This document shows positions 1-9,303 of a stretch of 25,691 bases of DNA, piece by piece. Where the stretch lies: positions 1-25,691 of IMG/VR virus record IMGVR_UViG_3300025410_000081; one strand, given 5' to 3'. Below the pieces are notes generated by a model. It saw only the letters and a program-made list of their open reading frames with translations. It had not been told where the DNA came from and did not search any database. Numbering within the stretch: the first letter of the stretch is position 1; the number at the start of each line of letters is the position of its first letter. Source of the DNA: a virus (Duplodnaviria > Caudoviricetes). The position numbers were made by a program, and so were the translations under genes.

Positions 1-329
1 TCAATCATCCGAAAACCCTGAGCCTGAAGGATGTTCCAAGCGGTTCCGGCAATATAAGAACAAAGACCCTGCATACGAGGGTCGTTGTATAGGTTCCCAG
101 TCATCACGACTGGGTAGAGTTGGTTGCCTAACTTGTCGCCGCTTTTCTTCTTTTCCTTTTTAATCGGGGCAATGTTCTCACTGAAAACAGCCCAAGCATC
201 GGCTAAGAACTCTTCTTTCTTGATCGTATAGATTGGGGTCGGGAAGTAGATGCCGGTGCTGAGTTGCTCTTGCGGCTTCTCTTCCTTTACTTCAACATCA
301 CCAACAACTTCGGTATTCGCAGTACACAT
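1..329 (-). CDS. Putative 2OG-Fe(II) oxygenase-like protein (TIGR02466/CHP02466-like), 3' end runs off the window
   Basis: Not in the ORF track; translated by hand from ATG at 329 (AAGGAAG upstream): MCTANTEVVGDVEVKEKKPQEQLSTGIYFPTPIYTIKKEEFL...LYPVVMTGNLYNDPRM...AWNILQAQGFRMI, open to the edge. The N-terminal (Y)FPTPIY motif is typical of this family. The catalytic HxH/HxD part lies outside the window. Confidence 0.6.
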   Translation of the reverse strand, partial: MCTANTEVVGDVEVKEEKPQEQLSTGIYFPTPIYTIKKEEFLADAWAVFSENIAPIKKEKKKSGDKLGNQLYPVVMTGNLYNDPRMQGLCSYIAGTAWNILQAQGFRMI

Positions 330-361
330 GTTCTTCCTTGTTTAGTTAACTGGGAGTTACA

Positions 362-661
362 TTATGCACTAGAAGTAATGACCGAAATTTCAGCGGATGT
401 CAATCCTAAGGCAACCAATTTAGATAAGGCAGAAGCCTTAATCGCTGCTGTTGCTTCTTGACTTGCCGTTAAATTTGATTGATGTGTTGCATATGCGGCG
501 TCCAGTTGAGCCTGTGTGGGCTGTGCGCCCAACTTCTCTGTGTTCCAAGTCAACACTTGGTCTGCTTGGCCTTCAGGCTGACCTGTCATGTAATCGCCGG
601 GAGCAAAAGCAATGTTGTTGACTGTGAGATATGCAACGATGGTGTCGTTAAGTGCTGCCAT
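362..661 (-). CDS. XkdW-like tail-fibre-associated/chaperone protein
   Basis: 99 aa; 'DY...VLTWNTEKLGAQPTQAQL' resembles the XkdW-like W..(LG).QPT..QL pattern; directly follows a fibre gene; AGGA upstream of ATG. Confidence 0.55.
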   Translation of the reverse strand: MAALNDTIVAYLTVNNIAFAPGDYMTGQPEGQADQVLTWNTEKLGAQPTQAQLDAAYATHQSNLTASQEATAAIKASALSKLVALGLTSAEISVITSSA

Positions 662-672
662 GATTAGTCCTA

Positions 673-1482
673 TTAAGATGAAATTCCGTAAAGCGATGCT
701 GAACCAGTAAAAGTTCCAGAACCAACTTGTATTTTTATAGCGGTTAAAGCATTTGTAAAATTTATAGCGCCATTATTAATATCAATCTCATAAGAATTCG
801 CACCATTATAAGTAAATGAATTTCCAGAAAAATTTATTAAAGATAAACTATTTACTCCAGATATAAGTAAATTACCAAACATGCCATAGCCGCCAGTTGC
901 GTAAAAACCCCCGGCTCCAGCAAGAGGAAAAGAACCAGCATTAGTAGAACCTGATGAAATTGTAGAAAGTGCTTTAATGTATTGATATTGATATTGACTT
1001 GTTACATAAGTTGGACTTCCCCCATATCCCAAATAACAAACAAATACAACGCTACTAGTTGATGGTTGTATGGTTTCATAAATTAAATAGTATTTATCAT
1101 ATCCACTTAATCCTGTCCAAGCCAAGTTAGATACACCAGAAGCAGTTTGTGTACTAATCAATGTCATAGCACCAGCACTAGGTGTAGTCCAAGTAGGAGT
1201 TCCTGCGCCAGCAGAAGTTAGTACCTGACCAGATGTACCAGCCGCAGTGAAAGACGTTGCGCCTGAACCTGTTTGGTAAGGAATCACGCCAGCAGAACCA
1301 CTAGCAAGGTTAGTGGCAGTTGTTGCACTTGTCGCCGACCCAACAGAAACAGAACTGAGGCTGGTTTGACCCGTGCCACCGTTTGCTACTGGAAGAGTAC
1401 CACTCACACCGGTAGTCAATGAGACTTGTCCTGATGTATTCAGATTGTCGGCAAATGCGCCTAGATTACGAGGTTGTGTCAT
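673..1482 (-). CDS. Short tail fibre / receptor-binding protein
   Basis: 269 aa, G/S/T-rich; fibre repeats 'GTLPVANGGTG' and 'GTSGQVLTSAGAGTPTW'; C-terminal beta domain 'AMTLISTQTAS...ALTAIKI...FTGSASLYGIS' common in phage fibres. Confidence 0.75.
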   Translation of the reverse strand: MTQPRNLGAFADNLNTSGQVSLTTGVSGTLPVANGGTGQTSLSSVSVGSATSATTATNLASGSAGVIPYQTGSGATSFTAAGTSGQVLTSAGAGTPTWTTPSAGAMTLISTQTASGVSNLAWTGLSGYDKYYLIYETIQPSTSSVVFVCYLGYGGSPTYVTSQYQYQYIKALSTISSGSTNAGSFPLAGAGGFYATGGYGMFGNLLISGVNSLSLINFSGNSFTYNGANSYEIDINNGAINFTNALTAIKIQVGSGTFTGSASLYGISS

Positions 1483-1491
1483 TGTGTTTCC

Positions 1492-1902
1492 TTATGTTGC
1501 GGGTGTAGCAGGAACTACAACCCAAGTACCTTCTTGGTAGTTCCAATAATACTTTTGATCATCAGTAGGCTTGGGCGTGTTGGGTTCCCAAACAAGCGTT
1601 GTTGTGTTCAATGTGACGTTGGGGCCGGGGGGATTGGCTTGGCGCTCTGCAATCAATGCTGCTTTTTCGGCGTCTGTCATTTCAACAGCAGTCCAAACGT
1701 CTTCCCAAGTAACTCCATCAGACGACAGAGCATAAGTGCATTGAGCCGTTTGGAATGGGCTTGTAAGCAATCCGGCAGGTTGTTCTATACGGTTAAACAT
1801 AGCCCAGCCTTGGGGAATCTGCCCGTAGGCTTGGATTAAATTGAAATCGTAAACGGGATGGTTTACGGGTTGACCATTTTGAATTTGAAGAAATAAAGCC
1901 AT
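1492..1902 (-). CDS. Tail-fibre assembly/accessory protein (putative)
   Basis: 136 aa; C-terminal 'WEPNTPKPTDDQKYYWN..GTW' pattern typical of small chaperone-like genes after Gly-rich fibres; GAGG RBS. Confidence 0.55.
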   Translation of the reverse strand: MALFLQIQNGQPVNHPVYDFNLIQAYGQIPQGWAMFNRIEQPAGLLTSPFQTAQCTYALSSDGVTWEDVWTAVEMTDAEKAALIAERQANPPGPNVTLNTTTLVWEPNTPKPTDDQKYYWNYQEGTWVVVPATPAT

Positions 1903-1914
1903 TTTTTACCTCAA

Positions 1915-3507
1915 TTAAGGATTACCAGCGCAGGTTGACGGGAATGAACGAGTGCAACCGGGCCAGATGATGCGAACTGCGCCACCAGAACCCAAAGCTG
2001 AAGTTCCAGCACTACTACCGCCACCGCCACCATAAGCACCCCCAATACCACCTGTATATGTAGCAGTTTGTTTTGGATTTCCACCAACTGATCCACCACT
2101 GCCGCCATTTCCACCTTTAACTGTTGTACCGGAATGGCCGCCAGCCGTGCCTGATGTACCCAACCCAAATAAGCCAACGCCACCACCCCCGCCACCATAG
2201 TTAATAGAGTTACAAGCGTTATTGTATGCTCCGCCACCACCGCCACCGCCACCAGAACCTGATGTGCCACATGAGTATCCAGCACTAGGAGTTAAATTCA
2301 GGCCACCAGCACCGCCGTTACCTGAATAACCTCCTGCTCCACCCCCGCCAACGCTTCCAGCACCGCCATTACCACCGCCTGTACCAACAAAAGTGCCACC
2401 GGTATTACCATTACCACCACCACCTTTAACAACAGCAGTAGATACAAAATAACTATCTCCAGCAGCGCCGCCTCCAGTACTTCCAGCAGCGCCCACAACT
2501 ACAGTGTATGAACTACCCGCAGTAACGGAATAGTTATTTTTATATCCAAGTCCACCACCGCCACCCGAAGCACCGCCACCAACAGCAACTACGCTAACGC
2601 TTGTCACACCGCTAGGAGCAACCCATGTGTAAGTACCGGGAGTTGTGAATAAAGCAGAACCTTTTGTAGTTCCTACGCAAGTGCTTGGGAATTGGCGAGT
2701 TGTACCGGGGCCAACAATACGGACTGCGCCATTTGCGCCTTTATTAGCATTTGATCCCCCTCCACCATATGCGCCGCCAGAGCCATTACCATAAGAATTT
2801 TGACCTCCACTGCCTCCTTGTCCGGGACAACATCTGGTTCCAGTACATCCTTTACCATACAAACCTACTCCGCCCCCCCCTACGCCTCTACTTCCACCAC
2901 TAGCCGTACTACCAGAAGCCGCTCCTCCACTACAAGCATCAGCAGAACCTGCTTGTCCACAACTTAAACTATCTGAGGCTGATCCACCATTACCAGAATA
3001 ACCTCCAGCACCACCACCGCCACCAAAATATTTTTGACTTGTATATCCGCCTTTTCCACCTTTACCACCGCTACCACCACCTGTTCCAACATAAGATGAA
3101 TAACTTCCGCCAAAAGTATTAGGTGCGCCTCCACCCCCTTTGCCGGCAACCGTTGTGCAATTAATAAAATAAGATTGTCCACCTGCTGTGGCGCAATTAC
3201 CACCATTACCTCCAGCACCAACTACTACCGTGTAAGAACATCCTGCGTTTACACTTATATTATTTTTCCAACCCAGTCCACCACCGCCACCACCTCCTCC
3301 ATGAAAATTACAATAACATGGAGCAGAACTTCCACCACCACCCGCAACAGCAACGACAGAAACTGAAGTTACGCAAGCTGGAGCAATCCATGTATATGTT
3401 CCCGGCGATGTGTAAGCGACATCAACAATAACGCCGCCCCCGCCAGTTGCACCAGTAAATCCAAATGCTTTTGCAGAAGCAGCACCTCGTGTAATTGCGG
3501 TTGGCAT
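1915..3507 (-). CDS. Glycine-rich tail/receptor-binding protein with two tandem Gly-rich domains
   Basis: 530 aa; two copies starting 'YTSPGTYTWIAPACVTSVSVVAVAGGG' and 'FTTPGTYTWVAPSGVTSVSVVAVGGG', each ending 'GAVRI..PGxTRxFPSTCxG'. Confidence 0.8.
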   Translation of the reverse strand: MPTAITRGAASAKAFGFTGATGGGGVIVDVAYTSPGTYTWIAPACVTSVSVVAVAGGGGSSAPCYCNFHGGGGGGGGLGWKNNISVNAGCSYTVVVGAGGNGGNCATAGGQSYFINCTTVAGKGGGGAPNTFGGSYSSYVGTGGGSGGKGGKGGYTSQKYFGGGGGAGGYSGNGGSASDSLSCGQAGSADACSGGAASGSTASGGSRGVGGGGVGLYGKGCTGTRCCPGQGGSGGQNSYGNGSGGAYGGGGSNANKGANGAVRIVGPGTTRQFPSTCVGTTKGSALFTTPGTYTWVAPSGVTSVSVVAVGGGASGGGGGLGYKNNYSVTAGSSYTVVVGAAGSTGGGAAGDSYFVSTAVVKGGGGNGNTGGTFVGTGGGNGGAGSVGGGGAGGYSGNGGAGGLNLTPSAGYSCGTSGSGGGGGGGGAYNNACNSINYGGGGGGVGLFGLGTSGTAGGHSGTTVKGGNGGSGGSVGGNPKQTATYTGGIGGAYGGGGGSSAGTSALGSGGAVRIIWPGCTRSFPSTCAGNP

Positions 3508-3516
3508 ACTTTCCCC

Positions 3517-4866
3517 TTATGCAAACTGTGTTTGTGAGGCCAAAACAGTGTACGCAGCACTACCTGTTTTAGTAATGGTGTATGTATAAACGTCAATACC
3601 AGAAGCATTACCTTTAGAGGGTGCTGTTCCGCCCTGCCATTTAGGAGTTACGTTTGTTCCATCAATTTGGAATACGTTTTCGTAGTAAGCAGTAGAACCT
3701 TGAGTAACCATAAAAGCAATCGTTACGGTCTGGCCTGTGGACATTGCTGTATTTAGCGATGTGCCGCTTGAGAAGGCTACGTTTAATGTCCAGTTAGCAG
3801 AAGCATTGCTGGTGTAATACAAAACCGATTGGCTATTAACATAAAAGTTAATTGTGCCTGTTGCGGCAGTAGCCGATACAGTTGTTGTTTCTGCGGCGTT
3901 TAAAAGAACAGCGGCAAAAGTGCTGGACGAGCCATTGAAGGTTTGTGTCCCAGTCCAAGTATTTGCTCCGCCAAGCGCAGTCAGAGTTCCGGATGTAGGC
4001 AAAGTAAGTGATGTTGACCCACTCAAGGTCAAGGTCAAGCCATAGTTACCAGAGAAGGTAATGGTGTTTGATGTGCCGTTAGAAACACCAGTACCACCAT
4101 AGACTGGGCCTAAAGTACCCCAAGTTGGTGAACCTGTACCACCAGAAAGCAGGGCTTGGCCGTTAGTGCCGGCGGCAGAGAAGCCCGTAACACCGGAAGC
4201 AGACTGGTAAGGCAAAACACCAGCAGAACCACCGGCAAGGTTGTTTGCTGTGGAAGCAGTACCCAAACTGGTCGTGTTGTAAGCAATTGTTTCAACGATG
4301 TCACCAGTTGTTGCGCCAGTGGCCAAAACCACCGATGTGCCGCTTGAGGCGGTGTAATCAGAAGCATTTAACAATACGCCATTCAAATAAACTTGAATGT
4401 ATCCAACCGTATAGGTCACGCTGAATGTTGTCTGGCCAGATGTGGCCGTGAATGATGTGCGGGTATAGGTGGAACTTGTTCCGGTAGCAGCAATGGTAAT
4501 AGCGCCAGAACTGTTGGTAATTGTGACGTTAGAACCGGCCGTCAAGGTGGCGGAGGTGTAACCAGTACCGTTGCCGATTAACAACGCACCGTTGGCTGGG
4601 GTTGTTGTGATACCTGTGCCGCCGTATCCAACACCAATGGTTGTGGCGTTCCAAGTACCGGTCGTTACGGTTCCCAGCGTTGTGATGTTGGTTGTACCGG
4701 CAGTTGCGGCCAAAACGGTGACATTACCGCTGCCGTTCTTGTAGAACAGTTTGCCGTCAGCATAGTTAATAGCCAACTCGCCATTAGCCAGATTTGCGGC
4801 TAGTGGAGCATTAGTTGTCGTACCGCTGTTATACAGAACGACTGGGGTGTAACCTGATGCGGCCAT
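3517..4866 (-). CDS. Tail fibre protein with N-terminal attachment domain
   Basis: 449 aa; N-terminus 'APLAANLANGELAINYADGKLFYKN' is a common fibre-attachment module; also 'FTATSGQTTF...IQVYLNGVLL...DYTA' module and C-terminal 'TPKWQGGTAP...IDVYTYTI..YTVLASQTQF' domain. Confidence 0.8.
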   Translation of the reverse strand: MAASGYTPVVLYNSGTTTNAPLAANLANGELAINYADGKLFYKNGSGNVTVLAATAGTTNITTLGTVTTGTWNATTIGVGYGGTGITTTPANGALLIGNGTGYTSATLTAGSNVTITNSSGAITIAATGTSSTYTRTSFTATSGQTTFSVTYTVGYIQVYLNGVLLNASDYTASSGTSVVLATGATTGDIVETIAYNTTSLGTASTANNLAGGSAGVLPYQSASGVTGFSAAGTNGQALLSGGTGSPTWGTLGPVYGGTGVSNGTSNTITFSGNYGLTLTLSGSTSLTLPTSGTLTALGGANTWTGTQTFNGSSSTFAAVLLNAAETTTVSATAATGTINFYVNSQSVLYYTSNASANWTLNVAFSSGTSLNTAMSTGQTVTIAFMVTQGSTAYYENVFQIDGTNVTPKWQGGTAPSKGNASGIDVYTYTITKTGSAAYTVLASQTQFA

Positions 4867-7850
4867 TAGAATGTTCCTCCATTGATGCCACCAGTAATTG
4901 TACTGTTCGTGGCGTTAATTGTGATGCCAGTGCTTGTGTACTGCGGCTGATTTCCGGTAGCCGACGCCGCGTATGTAATGTAGTTTGTAGCCCCAGATCC
5001 GGCGGTCAAGGCCAGATTAGTTGCATTGGTTGCGTTTGTCACGGCTGTTGAGCCGATAACAGCAACCACTTGAGCGGCTGTAGCGGCCGTGAAGGCCGAT
5101 GTGCCGTTGCCATAGGCCAACCCAGTCAGGGTTGCTACACCTGTACCGCCTGAAGAGACCGCCAAAGCAGTGCCAAGGCTAAATACTCCAGATGAACTGA
5201 TTGTGGCCGCATCTGTTGCGCCGCTATTAACCACAAAGTGGATTGCATTGGCCGTTGTCGTGCCGATTGCCAAATCAGCAGTGGTCGCTGTCAAATAGAC
5301 ATTGTTAGGCTGGTTGAATGCACCGGAACCAGTAAACCCAGAAGAGTTCATGCCGAAGTCACCATAATAGGTGGTATCGGTACTGTTTGAGTTATTTACG
5401 ATGTAATCAGTTGAAGCCGTAGCGCCAGTATTGCTGTTTTGAATAATGACTTGGTTGTACGACGTGGCTGAACTTTGTGCTGTAAACAGCGCATTGGCAG
5501 GTGTATAAGTCAGCGTTCCAACCGATACAGACGTGGCTGTCGCTGCGCCGATATTAGGCGTAACTAAGGTCGGCGATGTGTTTAGGACAACACTTCCAGA
5601 ACCAGTTGAAGTAGTTACACCAGTACCGCCGTTGGCGACATTCAATGTGCCGCCCAGAGTAACCGCGCCAGTTGTTCCGGTCGAAGGAGTAAGGCCGGTT
5701 GTTCCAGCGCTGAATGAAGTTACGCCACCAGCGGCTCCGCTAGATGCGGCAGTTATTTGACCTTGAGCATTGACCGTGATGTTTGCGCTTGTATACGAAC
5801 CAGCCGTTACTGCCGTGTTGGTGATACTGAATTGCGTACCAGTTAAGGTCAGGCCAGTGCCTGCGGTATAAGCGCCGGGGCCACCAATTTGCACAAAAAC
5901 AATTGCTGTTGTACCAATTGTGATTGGTAAATCAGTAGTTTGTACCCATTGAGTAGAGGCGTTAACCGTGCCGGCAATAACAAATGTTGTATCGCCGGGA
6001 GCAATCTCGCCGGTTCCAGTACCTGTTTGGTCGTAGTCTGTAGCCCGAGTCAGAACCCAGTTGGTGGATACAGAACCTTGGTTGGTGACGGTATAGATAC
6101 CGTTGTATGCAGCATTTGACTCATTCTTTATTAAAACGCGAACGGCGTTAGTTGCGTCTGTTGAGGTAAATGTATGACCATCAATAACCAAAGCGGTTTG
6201 AGTGCCGGCATTGGTAATCGTTGCACCAACACCAGAAGCGCCATTGTTATAGGTTACCGTGCCAAGATCTGCCGTGGTTGCGTATTCGCAAGCAGCATGG
6301 TAGTTAACGTTTGAAATTGCAGCATCAACATATTGCTTGGTCGCCAATTGCAAGGCTTGCGTTGGATTCTGAGTCACCGTGACCGATGTCAACCCAGCAG
6401 GAGTCAGAGAAGTACCACCAAGCGAGATGGTTGTCGTTCCCAGCGTGATCGAACTGTTGGTCAACGAACTGTTGCCAATGTTGGTCAGCGTATTGGACGC
6501 GCCGCTGATGGTTTTGTTTGTCAGGGTTTGTGCGCCAGTTAACGTCGCAACAGTTGAGTCAATTGCAATCGTAACGGGAGCAGAACCGTTGTAACTTGTA
6601 CCGGTCAGGCCAGTTCCAATGGTAAGAATGTTGGTTGCTGTTGCCGTAATAGTTCCAGAGCCGCCCAAGCCAACAGTGACGCCGTTATAGGTCACCGTTG
6701 AGTTAGTCAAACCCGCGTTGGGAATCGTAGAGACAGCCGTAACTGCACTGGTTCCATTTCCAACCAGATAGCCGGTCAAAGTTGTAGCGCCTGTACCACC
6801 GCTTGCCACACCCAAAGTGCCGGCCAAGGTCACGGCTCCAGAAGTCGCTGTGCTTGGGGTCAAACCAGACAAGGAAGTCTGGAAAGAATTAACAACACCG
6901 CTACCGGAAACACCGATTGTGATTGTTCCAGCGCCGTTAGTGACTGTGACGCCCGATCCAGCCGTGATGGTGGATAAGGTATAACCACTACCATTACCGA
7001 TCAGTAATTGACCGTTTGTGGCTGTTGAAGTCAGCCCTGTACCGCCGTTTGCAGTATTTAGAGTGCCACCCAGAGTAATAGCCCCGTTGGTGGGCGTATT
7101 GGGGGTCAGGCCGGTCGATCCGCCGCTGAATGAGGTAACACCACCAGTCAGGGCAAACTGCGCCCAATTGCCGTTTGAATAGCCTTCAAAGGTCAGCAGG
7201 GTGGAGTTATACCGGATCATGCCGTTCACACCAACAGGTCGGTCGGTTGTTTGGCCGATAGGTAGGGTCAGGCTTGCAGAGCCGGGGATGATCGGGTTGC
7301 TTGCCAGCCCAACTGTTGGGGCTGTGTTGGCATTGGTGACTACAGTCTGGTTTGATACGCCGTAGACTGAGGTCGAGCCGATGTTTGTGCCATTAACAGT
7401 CAACAACCCAGTGCCACTATAGGTGGACAAACTGGCCATGATCCCCGAGAAGGAGAGCGTTGGGTTACCGGTTGAGCCATCTGGGTTGGCAATACTCAAA
7501 CCGTTGCCAGAAAACAGCAGCGAAACACTGGAAACCGAATTGGCACTGGTCTTGACTTGCAAACCGTTACCAGAGGTCACCAAAGACAGCGGAGCGCCGG
7601 TCAAGTTGATTGCGTAAGTGCTACCAGCACCGCCGTCCACCGTGGTCAGGCCAGAGCCAACAGTAATTGCTCGGGCTTGGGTCAATGAACCCTGCGATCC
7701 AACCGTCAGGAACGTGTAATTCAACGCCCCGGCGCTTGCAAGAGAGGCCGTAGTCGTCTGGATCGTCACCCCATTCTGAACAACAGGAACCAGTTCGGTT
7801 CCGGTAATGGCCGAGCCGGTTGGGAGTTGGGATATGGTTACATTAGCCAT
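4866..7850 (-). CDS. Long tail fibre protein
   Basis: 994 aa, T/G/S/A-rich; 'VTISQLP' N-terminus, 'RPVGVNGMIRYN..FEGY', 'ATKQYVD', 'RVLIKNE..YNGIY..WVLTRATD', repeated GGTG units, ends INGGTF; TAATG overlaps with both neighbours. Confidence 0.85.
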   Translation of the reverse strand: MANVTISQLPTGSAITGTELVPVVQNGVTIQTTTASLASAGALNYTFLTVGSQGSLTQARAITVGSGLTTVDGGAGSTYAINLTGAPLSLVTSGNGLQVKTSANSVSSVSLLFSGNGLSIANPDGSTGNPTLSFSGIMASLSTYSGTGLLTVNGTNIGSTSVYGVSNQTVVTNANTAPTVGLASNPIIPGSASLTLPIGQTTDRPVGVNGMIRYNSTLLTFEGYSNGNWAQFALTGGVTSFSGGSTGLTPNTPTNGAITLGGTLNTANGGTGLTSTATNGQLLIGNGSGYTLSTITAGSGVTVTNGAGTITIGVSGSGVVNSFQTSLSGLTPSTATSGAVTLAGTLGVASGGTGATTLTGYLVGNGTSAVTAVSTIPNAGLTNSTVTYNGVTVGLGGSGTITATATNILTIGTGLTGTSYNGSAPVTIAIDSTVATLTGAQTLTNKTISGASNTLTNIGNSSLTNSSITLGTTTISLGGTSLTPAGLTSVTVTQNPTQALQLATKQYVDAAISNVNYHAACEYATTADLGTVTYNNGASGVGATITNAGTQTALVIDGHTFTSTDATNAVRVLIKNESNAAYNGIYTVTNQGSVSTNWVLTRATDYDQTGTGTGEIAPGDTTFVIAGTVNASTQWVQTTDLPITIGTTAIVFVQIGGPGAYTAGTGLTLTGTQFSITNTAVTAGSYTSANITVNAQGQITAASSGAAGGVTSFSAGTTGLTPSTGTTGAVTLGGTLNVANGGTGVTTSTGSGSVVLNTSPTLVTPNIGAATATSVSVGTLTYTPANALFTAQSSATSYNQVIIQNSNTGATASTDYIVNNSNSTDTTYYGDFGMNSSGFTGSGAFNQPNNVYLTATTADLAIGTTTANAIHFVVNSGATDAATISSSGVFSLGTALAVSSGGTGVATLTGLAYGNGTSAFTAATAAQVVAVIGSTAVTNATNATNLALTAGSGATNYITYAASATGNQPQYTSTGITINATNSTITGGINGGTF

Positions 7851-8230
7851 TAGTCATTCACCTGTGGGGGCTGTTGATACTGCGTCGGTGTAGGCGAGGG
7901 AGCCAAGGTGTCCAAATTGCCGTTGTCTTCAGGCGTCTGAGTATTCTGCTCAGGCGACAACTCCCACTGGTTGTACCCAGTTTCGATGATTGCATCGGGC
8001 GTGACGGCCACACTAACGTCTGGGCGAGGAAACCGAAGGTTAATCCTTTCGGTTTTTCTAGCAGGCAGACGGTAAGGGTCTAAGTTGTCACGGCATCCTT
8101 GGTCACACACCCGCAGACCGGGGAAATTGCTGTCAGGCATCAATTGCACCAAGGCGCGCTTCATCTTGCAACGGTCGCATACTGCGATTGCAATTGTGGA
8201 TAAGCCTTCAGTGTCAAGAAATACTGGCAT
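7850..8230 (-). CDS. Small Cys-rich (putative Zn-binding) virion-module protein
   Basis: Start better placed at ATG 8230 (MPVFLDTEG, TAATG overlap with upstream stop) than at 8263; CDRC...VCDQGCRDNLDP Cys cluster; 126 aa. Confidence 0.6.
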   Translation of the reverse strand: MPVFLDTEGLSTIAIAVCDRCKMKRALVQLMPDSNFPGLRVCDQGCRDNLDPYRLPARKTERINLRFPRPDVSVAVTPDAIIETGYNQWELSPEQNTQTPEDNGNLDTLAPSPTPTQYQQPPQVND

Positions 8231-9303
8231 TATTTTGTGTACACGCTGATGTTGGGTGCCCAATAGATTGGGGACTTGTCACGCTCTTCTTGCTCGGCAT
8301 CATTCAGATACTTGGCGGCTTGCATTTCAAGGTATTGCACACGCTTGAGGTCAACTTGAGGCAGTTCTAGGCTCATCCGGTGAGCCAGCATCATCAAAAC
8401 AGCCTCATACCAGCGTTGTGGGATCTCTAATTGGCCGTCCAGTGCGCCAACATCATCAATCTGGCGTGAATACCACACCGTCATCTGTACAAAGGCATCG
8501 TTAGGGACTGGCCAGAGGTAGATTGAGGGCTTAGGAATCGTGCGATCAAACCAAAATTGGTACGGCTGGTTGGCCGTGAAGTTCTGGTTGGGCAAATTGG
8601 TGTAGTCATCGCGGTTCAAGCGAGACATTTGGATCAAACGGGCATTTGTACCGAAGTAAAGTTCACGCAACGACAGCGTAGTGCCACCAGAGGCTACCAT
8701 ACGGTAGTATTGAGCGTTGGCTCCGGGGTCAATGTCTTGCCAGATCCACTCGTTATCAGTCACCGTGACGTTGGTTCCGGTGTAAAGAGTTGTCCAAGTG
8801 GCGTTATCGTTCGACCATTGGAATTGATAACTCCAAGTCTGACTGCCATTGTTTGCGATGTAAGGCAAAAAGCCGATCGACCCAATGTAGTTCGGGTTGT
8901 TTGTGCCGTAATTGACCTCAAAATACCCATTCGGTGACGATTGGGTTAGGTAGGTATTGGTGTTTTGGTCGTAAATGTTGGCGACTTGACCGCCAGTAGA
9001 GGACAACCATTGGCCACTGGGGGCCGTCATCGTTCGATACAGCACATTCAAGGCATCAACTGCACCCGAGGGCAGGGTGTAGATGTACTGATTGGCGTTG
9101 AGGCCAATAACCAGTTTGTTGATGGCCCAGTATTGGATACCAATGTTGGGCAGATGCGACAGCAAGAAGAACAAAGACTCCTTAGCGGACAGCACCTGTT
9201 CGTCTGTCAGTTCTTCGGCGAGTTTCCCGCACCGACGCGCACCGTGATCAATGAGCGTCTGTACCGAGATAACAGTCGTACCAAAGGTTCCTGAATATGC
9301 CAT
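8230..9303 (-). CDS. Head-tail adaptor / tail tubular-type protein with inserted discoidin-like domain
   Basis: 357 aa; 'LIDHGARRCG', 'NQYIYTLP..AVDALNV', 'RDDYTNLPN...QPYQFWFDR..IYLWPVP...EIPQRWYEAV..LA..LS' match podoviral connector proteins; position between head genes and fibres. Confidence 0.65.
   Translation of the reverse strand: MAYSGTFGTTVISVQTLIDHGARRCGKLAEELTDEQVLSAKESLFFLLSHLPNIGIQYWAINKLVIGLNANQYIYTLPSGAVDALNVLYRTMTAPSGQWLSSTGGQVANIYDQNTNTYLTQSSPNGYFEVNYGTNNPNYIGSIGFLPYIANNGSQTWSYQFQWSNDNATWTTLYTGTNVTVTDNEWIWQDIDPGANAQYYRMVASGGTTLSLRELYFGTNARLIQMSRLNRDDYTNLPNQNFTANQPYQFWFDRTIPKPSIYLWPVPNDAFVQMTVWYSRQIDDVGALDGQLEIPQRWYEAVLMMLAHRMSLELPQVDLKRVQYLEMQAAKYLNDAEQEERDKSPIYWAPNISVYTK

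Noticed and set aside
1911-3608. Val/Leu-rich alternative-frame minus-strand ORFs over the Gly-rich gene
   Set aside because: Frame-shifted reading of GGT/GGC repeats gives spurious Val/Ala-rich peptides; no slippery site or RBS identified.
673-7850. Diversity-generating retroelement or invertible fibre cassette
   Set aside because: Repeats are diverged at synonymous sites rather than adenine-specific; no reverse transcriptase, invertase or inverted crossover sites seen in the window.
1915-7850. GG dipeptides in fibre and Gly-rich proteins as part of the xxxGG motif system
   Set aside because: They occur in GGTG or poly-Gly structural contexts without the basic/hydrophobic upstream pattern.
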